Assembly (NCBI GenBank): GCA_964649825.1
Contig: CAZYQW010000032.1
Span: forward strand, 7,877 to 71,876
Length of the DNA stretch: 64,000 nt
Direction: 5' to 3'
Source: an uncultured Phycisphaeraceae bacterium
GTDB lineage: Bacteria > Planctomycetota > B15-G4 > JADJEK01
Shown here piece by piece: positions 27,123-37,479 of the stretch. Under the pieces are notes generated by a model that saw only the letters and a program-made list of their open reading frames with translations, made no database searches and was not told the origin of the DNA. Made by a program: the position numbers and the translations under genes. Each line of letters begins with the position of its first letter. The first letter of the stretch is position 1.

Positions 27123-28293
27123 ACATGCCGAAGCGGATCTCGAGGCCCCGCGACGAGGACACGCCTTGCGCGGCCCCGGGGTCGGACTGCAGACCTTGGA
27201 TGTACAACCTCGCGCCGCACAGGAGCGGATCGTTCGGAATCGTCGTGGAAATCACGAATCCGGAGCCGGGCAACGGGAGCGCCATCGCGACGATCGGGAC
27301 GAGAAGGAGGTCCCCGCCCCAGAAGCCGGGAATCGACGCCGGACTCGATCCCATGAGGAGCAGGACCTGAGTGGCCGTGCCCGACGAGTTCCCGACGCCG
27401 AGCGTCACGAGCGCATTGATGAGGGGTATGCCGTTCAAGACGAGGGACGGGACACCGGTCGTTCCGGGGACGCCGTCGCCGTAATGTCTCGACGTCGCCA
27501 CGCACGGGCTCACGAACTCGGCGCCCCGCAGCTCGGAGTACCCCGATCCCCCGATCAACGTCTGCGTGCCGGTCGTCGCGTCGATCGAGAACAACTTGTG
27601 ACGCCCGCCGATGATCGTGCCGTCCGAGCGCGCGGCGAGGAACTGGACGAGGCCGCCGCCGTCCGCGCCGACCGTGGGGTTGACGTCCGTCGCCGCGCCC
27701 GTGAAGAGGTCGATGGTCAAGAGGCCGTCGCCGAATGCACCGAGCCCGATGTCCCACGCGTAGAGCGTTCCGTCCGGCGCAAACGCGAGTCCCTGGATGC
27801 CGGGGAAGCCCGTGGCACCGACCTTCAGCAGCGCGTTCGTCGCGACGTCGTACGTCCATAGCTCGTCCGGGTCGCCGTCGACGACGAGATGGAAGAGCCC
27901 GTTCACATCGATCGCCATCGCGCGCACGTCCTTGGCGACCGTGACGACGGGAGTGCCGACTCCGGTCGACGGATCGACGGTGATGATCGTGAATCCGGCG
28001 CTGGCGTAGATCGTTCCCGTGACGTCGACCGCCATTGCGTTGATCGCGACGAAGCCGGTCGGTCCGATGAGCGCGCCCGCGCCGGTCGTCGAGTCGATCG
28101 CGAACGCTTGCCCGTTCCACGTGACGCCCACCATGTCCTGAGCCGACGCACGCGCGGCCACGAGCGCCGACAGCAAGACCAGGAACCGGCGCACCGGTGC
28201 TGCCGCCGCCCTCGCCGATCGGCGGGATCGACGACGTCGAGCTCGTTCGATTCTCGAGGCGCCGATGATCGGAGCGGCGTGCGACGAGATCAT
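27121..28293 (-). CDS. Secreted beta-propeller-like protein (~390 aa) carrying the shared C-terminal module (...CGARLYIQGLQSDPGAAQGVSSSRGLEIRFGM).
   Basis: Internal ATG at 28293 with a GGAGGGA RBS. Arg-rich n-region signal (MISSHAAPIIGASRIERARRRRSRRSARAAAAPVRRFLVLLSALVAARASA), possibly Tat-type. Confidence 0.8.
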   Translation of the reverse strand: MISSHAAPIIGASRIERARRRRSRRSARAAAAPVRRFLVLLSALVAARASAQDMVGVTWNGQAFAIDSTTGAGALIGPTGFVAINAMAVDVTGTIYASAGFTIITVDPSTGVGTPVVTVAKDVRAMAIDVNGLFHLVVDGDPDELWTYDVATNALLKVGATGFPGIQGLAFAPDGTLYAWDIGLGAFGDGLLTIDLFTGAATDVNPTVGADGGGLVQFLAARSDGTIIGGRHKLFSIDATTGTQTLIGGSGYSELRGAEFVSPCVATSRHYGDGVPGTTGVPSLVLNGIPLINALVTLGVGNSSGTATQVLLLMGSSPASIPGFWGGDLLLVPIVAMALPLPGSGFVISTTIPNDPLLCGARLYIQGLQSDPGAAQGVSSSRGLEIRFGM

Positions 28294-28568
28294 CTGGTCC
28301 CTCCGGGAACGACGGACATGATGAGCGGCCGCGAGGATACCCGACTCCCCCGTGGACCCCGTGGACGAGTCCCGACCCCTCGTGATCTTCGAGGCATGGT
28401 CGATCCCGCGGATCGGCCGGGCATTCGCGGTTCGATGGCCAGCGCGGGCCGGGGGGCGCCCGTTCGGAACGCGATCCCGGCCGAAAACAAGGTGACGCCC
28501 GCGCGGCGCTCCGGATGAGTCCCTGTGTACCCACTCCTCCATCGACTCCGCGTCAGGACACCTCGCTC

Positions 28569-30041
28569 ATGAAGATCGGCACTCGGGCCACCGCTCCGTT
28601 CAGGACCTCGTTCGTCACCGCCGCCGTGCGGACGTGCACCTTCCTTTCGCTCGCCGCCGCGGCCCCTGCGCAGACCGGCCCGTGGACCGATGGCGAGCTG
28701 CTCGTCCGCTGCCAGGTCCTGCCCTCAGGGCAGCCGGCCATCTTTCGCGTCGTTCCCGAGACCGGCGAGACGGCGGTGCTGACGACCACGCAAGGCTGGG
28801 GCGGCTGGGCCGGATCCCTGGTATTCGACTCCTATCGTGGCGGGGTGCTCTCCAACATGTCGCTGGCCCCGGACAGCGCCTTCCTCTTCCGATTGTGGCT
28901 CGTGTCGCACGACGGCACGGCAGCGGCGTTGCCCGGGTTCACGGGCAGCTTGCGCGCGCTGGCCTCCGCCGGCGACGGGCGGGTCTTCTTCGTGCGGCAC
29001 TCGGGCGCGACCCAGGGCCCCAAGGCCATCGAGTACTTCGACGCCAACGACGTCATTCAGAGCTTGATGCAGAGCGACGGCGTGACCCCGTTCCAGGCCG
29101 ACGTCGAGCATCTGTTGTACGACGCACCGAGCAACGCGCTCATCGGCAGCAGCTCGGCCCAGTGGGCGGCCACCCATTGCTCGGCCACCGGCTCCAGCTT
29201 GTACCGGTTCCCGCTGTCGGCAGACGGACTGCGCGTGACCGGACCAGTGACCTGCACTTCGGTGCCCACGACCCTGCTCTACGGCGACATCATGTCCCTC
29301 GATCACCTGCCGGACGGCAACGTGCTCGTGACCACCGCCACCGCCTTTCTCGGCGCCCCTCACTTCATGCTCTCACTGAATCCGGTCACGCTTGCGGTCG
29401 CGGCCTTTGCGGATCCCACGCAGGGCGACGTGAACGGTGGCATCTGGTCGGCGCGTCTCGGCAAGGCGATCGTCCACGCCAACAGCGGCTCGGCGTGGTG
29501 GGAGCCCAACGGATTGCGGTCGTTCGCTTCCGGTCAGAACGGCTTCGGGACGTTTCTCGCGACGAGCCTGCCGCTGCCCGTCGGAGGCGGCTTCAGCCCC
29601 AACGAGATCGTGGCCGAGGTGGACGTCAACGGCCCAGCCTGCGATGGCTTCCAGATCCCGTACGGCACGGGTCTCGCCGGTTCCGGCGCGATCGTGCCGC
29701 TGCTCGGCGCGGTCGGCTGCCCGGACATCGGGAATCCGTTCACGCTGTCGATCAACGGCGTGGTCGGTGGCGCCAATGGCGTGCTCTTCGCCGGCATCGC
29801 GCCCGGCGCCGTGCCGTTCATGGGCGGCACGTTCCTCCTCGGTGGTCCGATTCTCCTGGTGATCCCGATCGCCGTCGGCGGCCCCCCGGGCGTCGCGAAC
29901 GCGGGCTCGCTCGCCGTACCCGCAGTGATCGGGGATCCGGTCCTCTCGGGGGTCAGTATCTATCTGCAGGGCGGCTTCTTCGACGCGGCCGCCGTTCAGG
30001 GCGTATCGCTCAGCAACGGCATGCGCCTGCAAGCGAACTGA
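28569..30041 (+). CDS. Secreted hypothetical protein (~490 aa) carrying the shared C-terminal module (...GVSIYLQGGFFDAAAVQGVSLSNGMRLQAN).
   Basis: Internal ATG at 28569 gives the signal peptide MKIGTRATAPFRTSFVTAAVRTCTFLSLAAAAPAQT. It is divergent from the 27121..28293 gene. Confidence 0.8.
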   Translation: MKIGTRATAPFRTSFVTAAVRTCTFLSLAAAAPAQTGPWTDGELLVRCQVLPSGQPAIFRVVPETGETAVLTTTQGWGGWAGSLVFDSYRGGVLSNMSLAPDSAFLFRLWLVSHDGTAAALPGFTGSLRALASAGDGRVFFVRHSGATQGPKAIEYFDANDVIQSLMQSDGVTPFQADVEHLLYDAPSNALIGSSSAQWAATHCSATGSSLYRFPLSADGLRVTGPVTCTSVPTTLLYGDIMSLDHLPDGNVLVTTATAFLGAPHFMLSLNPVTLAVAAFADPTQGDVNGGIWSARLGKAIVHANSGSAWWEPNGLRSFASGQNGFGTFLATSLPLPVGGGFSPNEIVAEVDVNGPACDGFQIPYGTGLAGSGAIVPLLGAVGCPDIGNPFTLSINGVVGGANGVLFAGIAPGAVPFMGGTFLLGGPILLVIPIAVGGPPGVANAGSLAVPAVIGDPVLSGVSIYLQGGFFDAAAVQGVSLSNGMRLQAN

Positions 30042-30301
30042 GCGGCGGCCGGAACCGGGCGCGCGGTGGGGTACGACGAGAGTTCAGGTCATTGCCGAAC
30101 GCCCCTGCCGATGTCGACTCCATGAAGCGCGTGCCCGAATGCCCGCCGACCTTGGCGCGCGGAGACGATCTCCGGCCGAGTCCTGCGGACGGCCTGGAAT
30201 GAGTTCGGATGGGTATTGCATTGGATTCGCACTGGGCTGACCACTACCCTCGCTCCTATCCTCAAGACCCGTCCGACGAAACACTCGATAGCGAGACCAC
30301 G

Positions 30302-30727
30302 ATGCCGACCTCCAAGAGGAAGACCTCGAAGGCTGCCGCCGACAAGGCACCAAACCCGGCGTTCGCGTTCCTGATGAAGTTCATGAAGTCCAAGCCGAAG
30401 GCTGCGTATGCGGACGCCGCCGCCGCGGCCAAGAGAGCCGGGCACACCATTTACCCAATCATGTGGGGTCGGGCGCAGATGCTGCTCGGACGCGTCAAGG
30501 CGAAGCCTCGCGGCGACGGCAAGGTCGCCGGTGCCGCCAAGGTCGCGGCGGCTCCGAAAGTGCGCGCGCCGCGTGAGCGCGTTGCCGGTGTTCCCGGCAA
30601 TGGGGCGTCGATCACCATCGACGGCGCAGACGTCGAACGCTGGAGTCGGATCGTCGAGAAGCTGAACGGAGGCGGTACCGCGGCGCTCGTGTTTGATGGA
30701 TCGGAGTGGGCGGTGACCGTTCGGTAG
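30302..30727 (+). CDS. Small Lys/Ala-rich hypothetical protein (MPTSKRKTSKAAADKAPNPAFAFLMKFMKSKPKAAYADAAAAAKRAGHTIYPIMWGRAQ...).
   Basis: Codon-biased frame from an internal ATG; no recognisable domain. Confidence 0.45.
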   Translation: MPTSKRKTSKAAADKAPNPAFAFLMKFMKSKPKAAYADAAAAAKRAGHTIYPIMWGRAQMLLGRVKAKPRGDGKVAGAAKVAAAPKVRAPRERVAGVPGNGASITIDGADVERWSRIVEKLNGGGTAALVFDGSEWAVTVR

Positions 30728-31009
30728 AGTTCGGCGGGAAGCGAGCCGTCGTCGACTTCGTGCATCCGTGGATCGCCTACAAACGGACGTCACGGGCATC
30801 GTTCCACCCGCACCCGGCCGTTCCTGTCGACGCCGACGTGCCCCATGATCCCGGTGTCGCGAGCCTCGGTGGATCCCTCAGCCCGGACTGGCGACGGCGC
30901 ACGACCGCGTCCGCCCCGAGGCTCGGGGAACGGCTTGGACGGCGCGGGCGACGGCTGAATCCGCCCGAATCGACTATGATCGGTCCACCCGTGCATCGGA
31001 GGTGACAGG

Positions 31010-32209
31010 ATGCTTCATTGGGCTCTTATCCCCATGTTCGTCGGCGCGAGCACTTGGACGGTCGATGACGACGCGCCGGCGCACTTCTCATCGATCCAGG
31101 CCGCGGTGAGCAGCGCCAGCGTCGTCGCGGGCGACATCTTGCTCGTGGAGCCGGGTGTCTACGGCGCCGTGAACGTGACCAAGCCGCTCACCGTCCTCGG
31201 ACGCGCGGGATCCGGTGAAGTCCATGTGAACGTGCTCCTCCAGGCGACCGGAATCTCCACCTTGACCGTGTCCGGCCTCACGCTGGACGAGGTCGATTTC
31301 GCGGGCGTCACGGCTCGGGTGTTCCTCGACGACTGCGTCATCGGAGGGCCGTCGATCCATCCACCCGTTGGGCCGGGCACCGTCACGATCTCGCAATGCG
31401 CGGACGTCCATCTGTCGCGTTGCGTGATTCGCGCGACGTTCGACGCGAACGCCGTGACGATCTCCAACTCCTACGCGACGCTCGTCGATTGCGACGTCCT
31501 CGGTGGTCCGGGGTCCGCAGGGCTGAGCGACGGCTATCCGGGCGGGGATGGAGTAAGGATCGAGAACGCTACGCTCCTGATGACCGGAGGTCGAATCGAG
31601 GGAGGCGCGGAGGGAGGCGGGCAAGTCGATGGCCCCGCCGGCCACGGGATCCGCTCGACCGCGAGCACGCTGATCCTGCGGGGCATGTCGACGAGCGAGA
31701 TCACGGGCGGCTTCGTCGATGGAGCGTTCGGTGACACACCCGGCACGTCCGTGTTCATGCTGAGCGGCGGAATGGTGGTGTGGGGAGGACTATCGCTCCC
31801 GGACGGGATCATGAACGCCGGATCGGGAATCGTGAAGCACGCCGCGGTGCCCGAGCCTTTCCTGAGCTTTACCGGAAGCGACACCCCAGGGTCGCTGCGT
31901 CAGGTCCGGCTCCACGGCCCGCTTGGCGCCTCGGCGATTGTCGTGGCGTCGTGCGGTCCCGCGCATCTGGTGACGCCCGCGTACGACCTGCCGATCCTGC
32001 TCGATCCGAACAAGTTCGTCATCACCCTGGGCACGACGTCGCTCGGCAACGACACGCCGGCGACGATCCTCGCGTTCTTCGTGCCGGTCGGCGCTCCGTT
32101 CGCCGGGCTGGAGCTGCATCTCCAGGCGTACTTCCCGACGCTGACGAGCGTCACCCAGCCGGGGGCCGGTGTACTGACCAACTCGGTCGTCGCCGTCGGT
32201 AAGTTCTGA
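31010..32209 (+). CDS. Secreted right-handed parallel beta-helix (pectate-lyase-fold-like) protein carrying the shared C-terminal module (...GLELHLQAYFPTLTSVTQPGAGVLTNSVVAVGKF).
   Basis: GGAGGTGA RBS. Signal-like N-terminus. Repeated Gly/Thr/Ser-rich beta-helix rungs. Confidence 0.75.
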   Translation: MLHWALIPMFVGASTWTVDDDAPAHFSSIQAAVSSASVVAGDILLVEPGVYGAVNVTKPLTVLGRAGSGEVHVNVLLQATGISTLTVSGLTLDEVDFAGVTARVFLDDCVIGGPSIHPPVGPGTVTISQCADVHLSRCVIRATFDANAVTISNSYATLVDCDVLGGPGSAGLSDGYPGGDGVRIENATLLMTGGRIEGGAEGGGQVDGPAGHGIRSTASTLILRGMSTSEITGGFVDGAFGDTPGTSVFMLSGGMVVWGGLSLPDGIMNAGSGIVKHAAVPEPFLSFTGSDTPGSLRQVRLHGPLGASAIVVASCGPAHLVTPAYDLPILLDPNKFVITLGTTSLGNDTPATILAFFVPVGAPFAGLELHLQAYFPTLTSVTQPGAGVLTNSVVAVGKF

Positions 32210-32634
32210 ATCGCTTCACGCGCCGTTCGGTCGGCGGACCCGACCGCGATTCCGACGTGGAATGCTCCAAGGTGCGAGAGACCTGCCCGCGCTCTTCCAC
32301 GAGCCCCGAGGCATAAGGCGCATCCACGGGAAAGTGCATTCGCGGCTCTCGCCGGAGAAGAGGCAGAATCAGGAGGGGCCTTCAGGTTCTGGCGGGCAGA
32401 ACGGTCTGCCGCACAGACGGCACGCCCTCAGCTCGCGCCCTTGCGCACGATGGCGGAGATCTTGGCCTCGGTCGCGTCGTCCAGCGCAGCCCTCCTCGCG
32501 GGTGAAGTTCGCCTTTTCCGGTGAGGCCGGCCCGCCTGGATCGGGGCTCGCGACGCGAGGCGTGATTCTCGTCGATGTCGCTACGATCTTCGCCCGTGCT
32601 ACCGCGTCACAGGACCGAACGACTGGAGAGATCG

Positions 32635-32943
32635 ATGCACGACATGAAATACATGAAGCGGCTGTCGAAGCTGGGCGAGCTCGCGCCGGACGCCTGGAAG
32701 AAGTTCGTGGAGTTCGACCAGGCGGCGTTCGCGGACGGGGCGCTCCCGGTGAAGACGAAGGAGCTGCTCGCGATCGCCGTCGCGCTGACGACGCAGTGCT
32801 CGTACTGCATCGAGATCCACGCGCGCAAGGCGCGCAAGGCGGGAGCGACCGACGCCGAAATCGCGGAGACCGCCCTGGTCGCCGCGGCGATCCGAGCCGG
32901 CGGGGCGGTCACGCACGCCACCCACGTGCTGCCCGATCCGTAG
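32635..32943 (+). CDS. Carboxymuconolactone-decarboxylase / AhpD-like family protein, 102 aa.
   Basis: Motif LLAIAVALTTQCSYCIEIHARKARKAGATDAEIAE. GGAGAG RBS upstream of the ATG. Confidence 0.85.
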   Translation: MHDMKYMKRLSKLGELAPDAWKKFVEFDQAAFADGALPVKTKELLAIAVALTTQCSYCIEIHARKARKAGATDAEIAETALVAAAIRAGGAVTHATHVLPDP

Positions 32944-32967
32944 CCGCACGGAGGTCCGACATCCGGG

Positions 32968-34002
32968 TCACGCGTGCGCCCCGCGGCTGAGCCCGAGCGC
33001 GAGGATCTTCCCGATCAGCTCCGGATACGACAACCCGAACGCCTCGGCCGAAGCCGCAAGCTCCTCGTCCTTGCCGATGTCGGGGTTCGGGTTCGCCTCG
33101 AGGAAGTAGAGCTGTCCATCGGGGGTCAACCGGTAGTCGATGCGCGCGTAGCCGTCGAGCTCGAGCACCTTGTAGATGCGCTTCGTCGTCCGGACGATCT
33201 TCTCCTGCATCCCGTCGGGCAGCTCGCCGGCCGGTCCCTGCATGATCCCGACGCGCTGCTGATACTCCGGATCGTGCTTCACCTTCGCGGTGGCGATCGC
33301 CTCATGGCGCGCCGGGAGATTCTCGAAGAAGAGCTCCCACACCGGGAACACGGTCAGACGCTCGTTGCCGAGCACGCCGCAGTAGAGCTCGCGCCCCTCT
33401 ATGTACTGCTCCACGATCGCGTCCGTGCCGATGCTCTCATGGACGAAACGCACGCGCTCCGCGAGCGCCGCGTCGCCCTCGACCACCGACGCTTGCGAGA
33501 TGCCCTCGGACGAATCCGCGGTCAGGCTCTTCACGATGACCGGATAGGTCAGTCCCTTCGTTCGCCTCGGCTTATGGCGACGCGGCACCGTCATGAACGA
33601 GGGATACTGGATCCGGTGGTATCCGACCAGCTTCTTGCTCAGTCCCTTCCCTCGTGAGATCACCAGCCCCCGCGGGTTGCATCCGGTGTAGGGCACGCGC
33701 AGGAGCTCGAGGTAGCTGACCACGTGCTGGTCCATCTCGACCTGTCCGAAGAACTCCTCGAGCAGATTGAAGACGATGTGGGGCTTGAAGCCTCTGACCT
33801 CGTCGTGGATCGGGCGGAGCTCGTGCTGCACCCCGACGACCTTCACCACGTGGTGGAGCTCGCGCAGCGTCTGGATCACGTCGTACAGCGAAATCCACGT
33901 TTGCCGCTCCTTCGGCGTCGTCCCCTCGAGCGACTCCGGCGGCATGAGGTCCGGATGGAGCAGAACGACGACGCGGAGCCTCTTCCTCACAGCGCGATCC
34001 AA
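32968..34002 (-). CDS. ATP-grasp enzyme of the D-alanine--D-alanine ligase-like family.
   Basis: The N-terminal Ddl-like Rossmann region and C-terminal ATP-grasp motifs (...YPVIVKSLTADSSEGI..., EQYIEGRELYCGVLGN, FLEANPNPD) are present. Confidence 0.8.
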   Translation of the reverse strand: MDRAVRKRLRVVVLLHPDLMPPESLEGTTPKERQTWISLYDVIQTLRELHHVVKVVGVQHELRPIHDEVRGFKPHIVFNLLEEFFGQVEMDQHVVSYLELLRVPYTGCNPRGLVISRGKGLSKKLVGYHRIQYPSFMTVPRRHKPRRTKGLTYPVIVKSLTADSSEGISQASVVEGDAALAERVRFVHESIGTDAIVEQYIEGRELYCGVLGNERLTVFPVWELFFENLPARHEAIATAKVKHDPEYQQRVGIMQGPAGELPDGMQEKIVRTTKRIYKVLELDGYARIDYRLTPDGQLYFLEANPNPDIGKDEELAASAEAFGLSYPELIGKILALGLSRGAHA

Positions 34003-35033
34003 CTTCGCCGGCTGTAGTGGAAGTGCATCGTCTGAACCGTGAGCAGCACGGCAAAGTCCATGCAGAGCTTCCGTTCGGAACCGACCGCGCGCAGCTTGAG
34101 GTCTCGGCAGCGCTCGATCATGTCCTTCAGGACCTGGTCGAGAGTGTACTGATACTCCCCGGTCCAGCGAGCGACGAGCTTCCGAATCTCGGTTCGGTTG
34201 CGGCGCAGGAACGCGGACGCACGCTCACGGTTCGCGTGGCGCGGATCGTCGCTGAAGAGCTTGACGAGATGACGGTCGTAGACGTCGGGATAACCGACGG
34301 AGTACTGCTCGACCTTCTGCTCGTAGTACTCGCGCAGCGTCATCGTGAGCTGATCGACGTGATCGTCGCAGCGCCGCGTCCGCACGAGTGGAGCGCGACG
34401 CTTCACCTCCTCCATCAACTCGTCGACGTACTCGAGCTTCTGCAGCGCGGGCCAGCCCTCGTAGCGCTTGCGCCAGTGCGTCTTGGACTGCAGCCAGACC
34501 GCGAACGTCTCGGCGAAGTCCTCGTCGGGGTGGCTCTGCGCGTAGAACAGCCGCAAGTGCTGGACGTGGTTACGGCTGGTCGGGTTCGGCCGGTACGCGT
34601 CGGGATAACGTTGCGACGATCGACCGAAGAGCTGCTGCCAACGGCGCCGCCGGTGGAGGCGATACGCGTGCTGAAGCGCGTGCCCGCATTCGTGGCGCAG
34701 GATGCGCAGGCACTCCTTGCGATCCGCTCCCTCGCACTCGAGCATCTTGGAGCGCTCGAGGTTCATGAGTCGCCGGTGGCAGAGGTAGAAGGGGAGCGCG
34801 ATCCCTGGCACGTCCTTGGGGGAGAACCAGTCGGACGAGATCCAGACGTGCGGCCGGAACCGGATGCCGCGGCGCTTCATGTCCTCGAAGAGCTCCTCGA
34901 CGCGGTCCTCGAGCGGACTGGCCGCAAGCTCGAGACCGAGGTCGCAGAGCCGCATGTCGAGCAGCCGTTCGTTCGAGAAGCGAATCCACGGATGCGCCGT
35001 CGTGCGACGCCGCGACGGGCGGTCGCCCATCAC
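33987..35033 (-). CDS. HExxH-motif putative zinc metallopeptidase (LRHECGHALQHAY). Overlaps the ATP-grasp gene by 16 nt, indicating an operon.
   Basis: HECGH zinc-binding signature in a 348-aa codon-biased ORF. Confidence 0.7.
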   Translation of the reverse strand: MMGDRPSRRRTTAHPWIRFSNERLLDMRLCDLGLELAASPLEDRVEELFEDMKRRGIRFRPHVWISSDWFSPKDVPGIALPFYLCHRRLMNLERSKMLECEGADRKECLRILRHECGHALQHAYRLHRRRRWQQLFGRSSQRYPDAYRPNPTSRNHVQHLRLFYAQSHPDEDFAETFAVWLQSKTHWRKRYEGWPALQKLEYVDELMEEVKRRAPLVRTRRCDDHVDQLTMTLREYYEQKVEQYSVGYPDVYDRHLVKLFSDDPRHANRERASAFLRRNRTEIRKLVARWTGEYQYTLDQVLKDMIERCRDLKLRAVGSERKLCMDFAVLLTVQTMHFHYSRRSWIAL

Positions 35034-35258
35034 GGCCGCGCCTCATTGGAACTCGTGCCAAACATGGCGGCCGAACCTAGATGACAGATCACGATTCGGC
35101 AATGGTCCGAAGCCCGAGCCGAATCCGCTCCGGTCCCCGTACCCGTTCCGTCGGCGCGTGCCCGTGCCCGCGACCGCGCTATGATCTCCGCCGGTTTCGG
35201 TTGCGCGGCCGCAACTCCCCACCTGATCCACCTCGGCCGCAGCGGGAGGCACCATCCC

Positions 35259-35558
35259 ATGGCCGACGTTCACGCGCTGTCGTCCGACGAGATCGAGCGG
35301 CGCCTCTCCGAGCATCCGGAATGGAAGCTCGGCCAGGGCTGCATCGAGCGAAGCCTCCTGTTCGGCGACTTCGTCGAGGCGTTCGGCTTCATGACGAGCG
35401 TCGCGCTGGTCGCGGAGCAGGCGAACCACCACCCGGACTGGACGAACGTCTACAACCGGGTCGCGATCCGGCTCTCCACGCACGACGTCGGCGGGATCTC
35501 CGATCGGGACTTCGAGCTCGCGTCCCGGATCGACGTGATCGCCGCGCGTTGCGGCTGA
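35259..35558 (+). CDS. phhB: Pterin-4a-carbinolamine dehydratase (PCD/DCoH family).
   Basis: [24 protein letters not shown]...[42 protein letters not shown] matches the PCD signature. GGGAGG RBS. Confidence 0.9.
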   Translation: MADVHALSSDEIERRLSEHPEWKLGQGCIERSLLFGDFVEAFGFMTSVALVAEQANHHPDWTNVYNRVAIRLSTHDVGGISDRDFELASRIDVIAARCG

Positions 35559-35565
35559 CCGGGCG

Positions 35566-36396
35566 TCAGGGTCCGGTCTCCAGCCGGCCGCGGCACGCGG
35601 CGATCGCGGCGCCGAGGAAGTCGCGCGCCGCGCCGTCCACGTCGCGGCCCACGAGGAGCTCCGACGCGGGCAGAACGGCGGCGACGAAGTCCTCGACGTG
35701 CCACCGGCCGAGGCCCGGCAACGGGGGGAGCGTCGAAGGATCGGGGTAGGGCCAGGGCGTGACGTAGAGGTACGGCTCGTCGTAGCTGTCGTCCCCGGGC
35801 GACAGGCCGACGCCGATCGTGCTCGTCTCGGTCCGGTCGGAACGCAGCGTGATCAGCGTGGCCACGTCGAAGTGATGCGGCCAGACGAGCACGTCCGACG
35901 CCGACGGTTCGCGCCGTCGAACCTCCTCGAGCCAGCGGTCGGCCGCGACGAACCATCGAGTCAGCTCGACGCGGGCCGCCTTCCGCTCCGTGTCTCCCTC
36001 GCCAGAGAACGCCGCACCCGTTGCAACTGGATGGTCCGGCATGTCGTAGTCCCGCAGGCGGAGCTCCGTGCCGAACGACTTGGCCATCCAGGCCAGACCG
36101 TCGGAGAGCCGCCGCCCGGACAACGCGAACGCATCGATCGTTTCGGCGGACGGGCCGACGACCACGAGCGAGAGGTCCTCGAACCGCAGCCCGGCCGCGC
36201 GACCGTCGACCGAACGCGCCACCAGCCCTCCGAGGCTCGCGTCGACGTGGAAGCTCGACTGGCGGTCATCGTCCTCGTGCGGCAGCCGCGCGTCTGCGAC
36301 GGACATCGCGATCTGCGCGGCGTGGTGGAGTTCCACGCGGGCGTTCGCCAGGTCACGGGGGGCCGGGCGGCCCGTCGGAGTCAGCGAGGTTCTCAT
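35566..36396 (-). CDS. Hypothetical protein (~277 aa), no recognised domain.
   Basis: Codon-biased ORF. Start chosen at internal ATG MRTSLTP. Overlaps the 3' end of the upstream gene by ~44 nt, so the start is uncertain. Confidence 0.5.
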   Translation of the reverse strand: MRTSLTPTGRPAPRDLANARVELHHAAQIAMSVADARLPHEDDDRQSSFHVDASLGGLVARSVDGRAAGLRFEDLSLVVVGPSAETIDAFALSGRRLSDGLAWMAKSFGTELRLRDYDMPDHPVATGAAFSGEGDTERKAARVELTRWFVAADRWLEEVRRREPSASDVLVWPHHFDVATLITLRSDRTETSTIGVGLSPGDDSYDEPYLYVTPWPYPDPSTLPPLPGLGRWHVEDFVAAVLPASELLVGRDVDGAARDFLGAAIAACRGRLETGP

Positions 36397-37174
36397 CTGC
36401 GTCTCCCGAGTTCGGTGAGTGGGACGACCGGGGCCCACCGCGGTTCGATGCGCGACGCCCCGGCCCCGTTTCGACCGCGGCTCCGGCCACGACCCATTCC
36501 ATCGAGTCCGGCCGCGGGCCGCACGCGTTCACCTCCCGGACCGAGCGGACGAGCTGCACCCCGACGGAGACGCAAGCGACGATCGCGATGGCGCCGAGAA
36601 AGACGGCGAGAGCGCGCTCCGCCTCGACGCCGAACGGCTCGAACGTCGTCCACGCCGAGCCACCGATCCCGGCGAGCACGAGCAACGCCTTGAACTCGGT
36701 GGGACCGACGCTCGAGAGACGGAACTCCCCGACGATCTTCGCCCGGATGTTGGTCAGGAGGGCGGTCGCGTAGATCGCGATCACCCCAACGAGCGCGAGG
36801 TCGACCCGCCCGCACGCGTAGCCGATTCCTGCGATCCAGTACGAGAACGAGAGCGGATCGGTGAAATGATCGAGCAGCTCTCCACCGTTGCGGCATTGGC
36901 CGGTCCGGCGCGCGTGGGTCCCGTCGACCACGTCGGCGAGGTGGTTGCCGGCCACGCACGCCGCAGCGAGCCACCCCCCGAACGGGTGGCTCGCCGACGC
37001 CGCGAAGCCGACGGCGCCGGCGAGCGCGATCACGTGACCGGTGGCCACCACCGCCTCCGGCGGCACGCGGCGCGGGATGCGCAGCCAACCGTAGAGGCGC
37101 GGAACCGCCGGGGCGATGAGAGGATCGAGGAACGAGCGGGTGACGCGTCGAGCGGGAGTCCTGGTGGTGTTCAT
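36353..37174 (-). CDS. CDP-alcohol phosphatidyltransferase-family membrane protein.
   Basis: D-G-x2-A-R ... G-x3-D-x3-D type motif (ADVVDGTHARRTGQCRNGGELLDHFTDPLSFSY) and TM segments. Start at internal ATG MNTTRTP. Confidence 0.7.
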   Translation of the reverse strand: MNTTRTPARRVTRSFLDPLIAPAVPRLYGWLRIPRRVPPEAVVATGHVIALAGAVGFAASASHPFGGWLAAACVAGNHLADVVDGTHARRTGQCRNGGELLDHFTDPLSFSYWIAGIGYACGRVDLALVGVIAIYATALLTNIRAKIVGEFRLSSVGPTEFKALLVLAGIGGSAWTTFEPFGVEAERALAVFLGAIAIVACVSVGVQLVRSVREVNACGPRPDSMEWVVAGAAVETGPGRRASNRGGPRSSHSPNSGDADENLADSDGPPGPP

Positions 37175-37479
37175 GACCCGGGGGAAAAGCAAGCCGCGTG
37201 CCGCAACGCGGGGCGGGCTCGGCGCCCCGCTGCCGGTCTTTTCGAGCGGGGCGCGATCGATCACGGAACGGGCGTAGGTCTTGCCGGGAAGTACGTCCAA
37301 GGGCACTACTCGGCATCGGCGGCCGCACGAAACGCACCGCGCCAGACATGGACCGCGCCCGGGTGCGGCGAACCCAGATCGACCCCCACGTCGTTGGCCG
37401 TGGGCAGACCGTCGCCGAACCCGGCTCCACACACTTCGCCTCGACGACAGCGAGGGTATACCTGGACGGCCCCCGTGGT

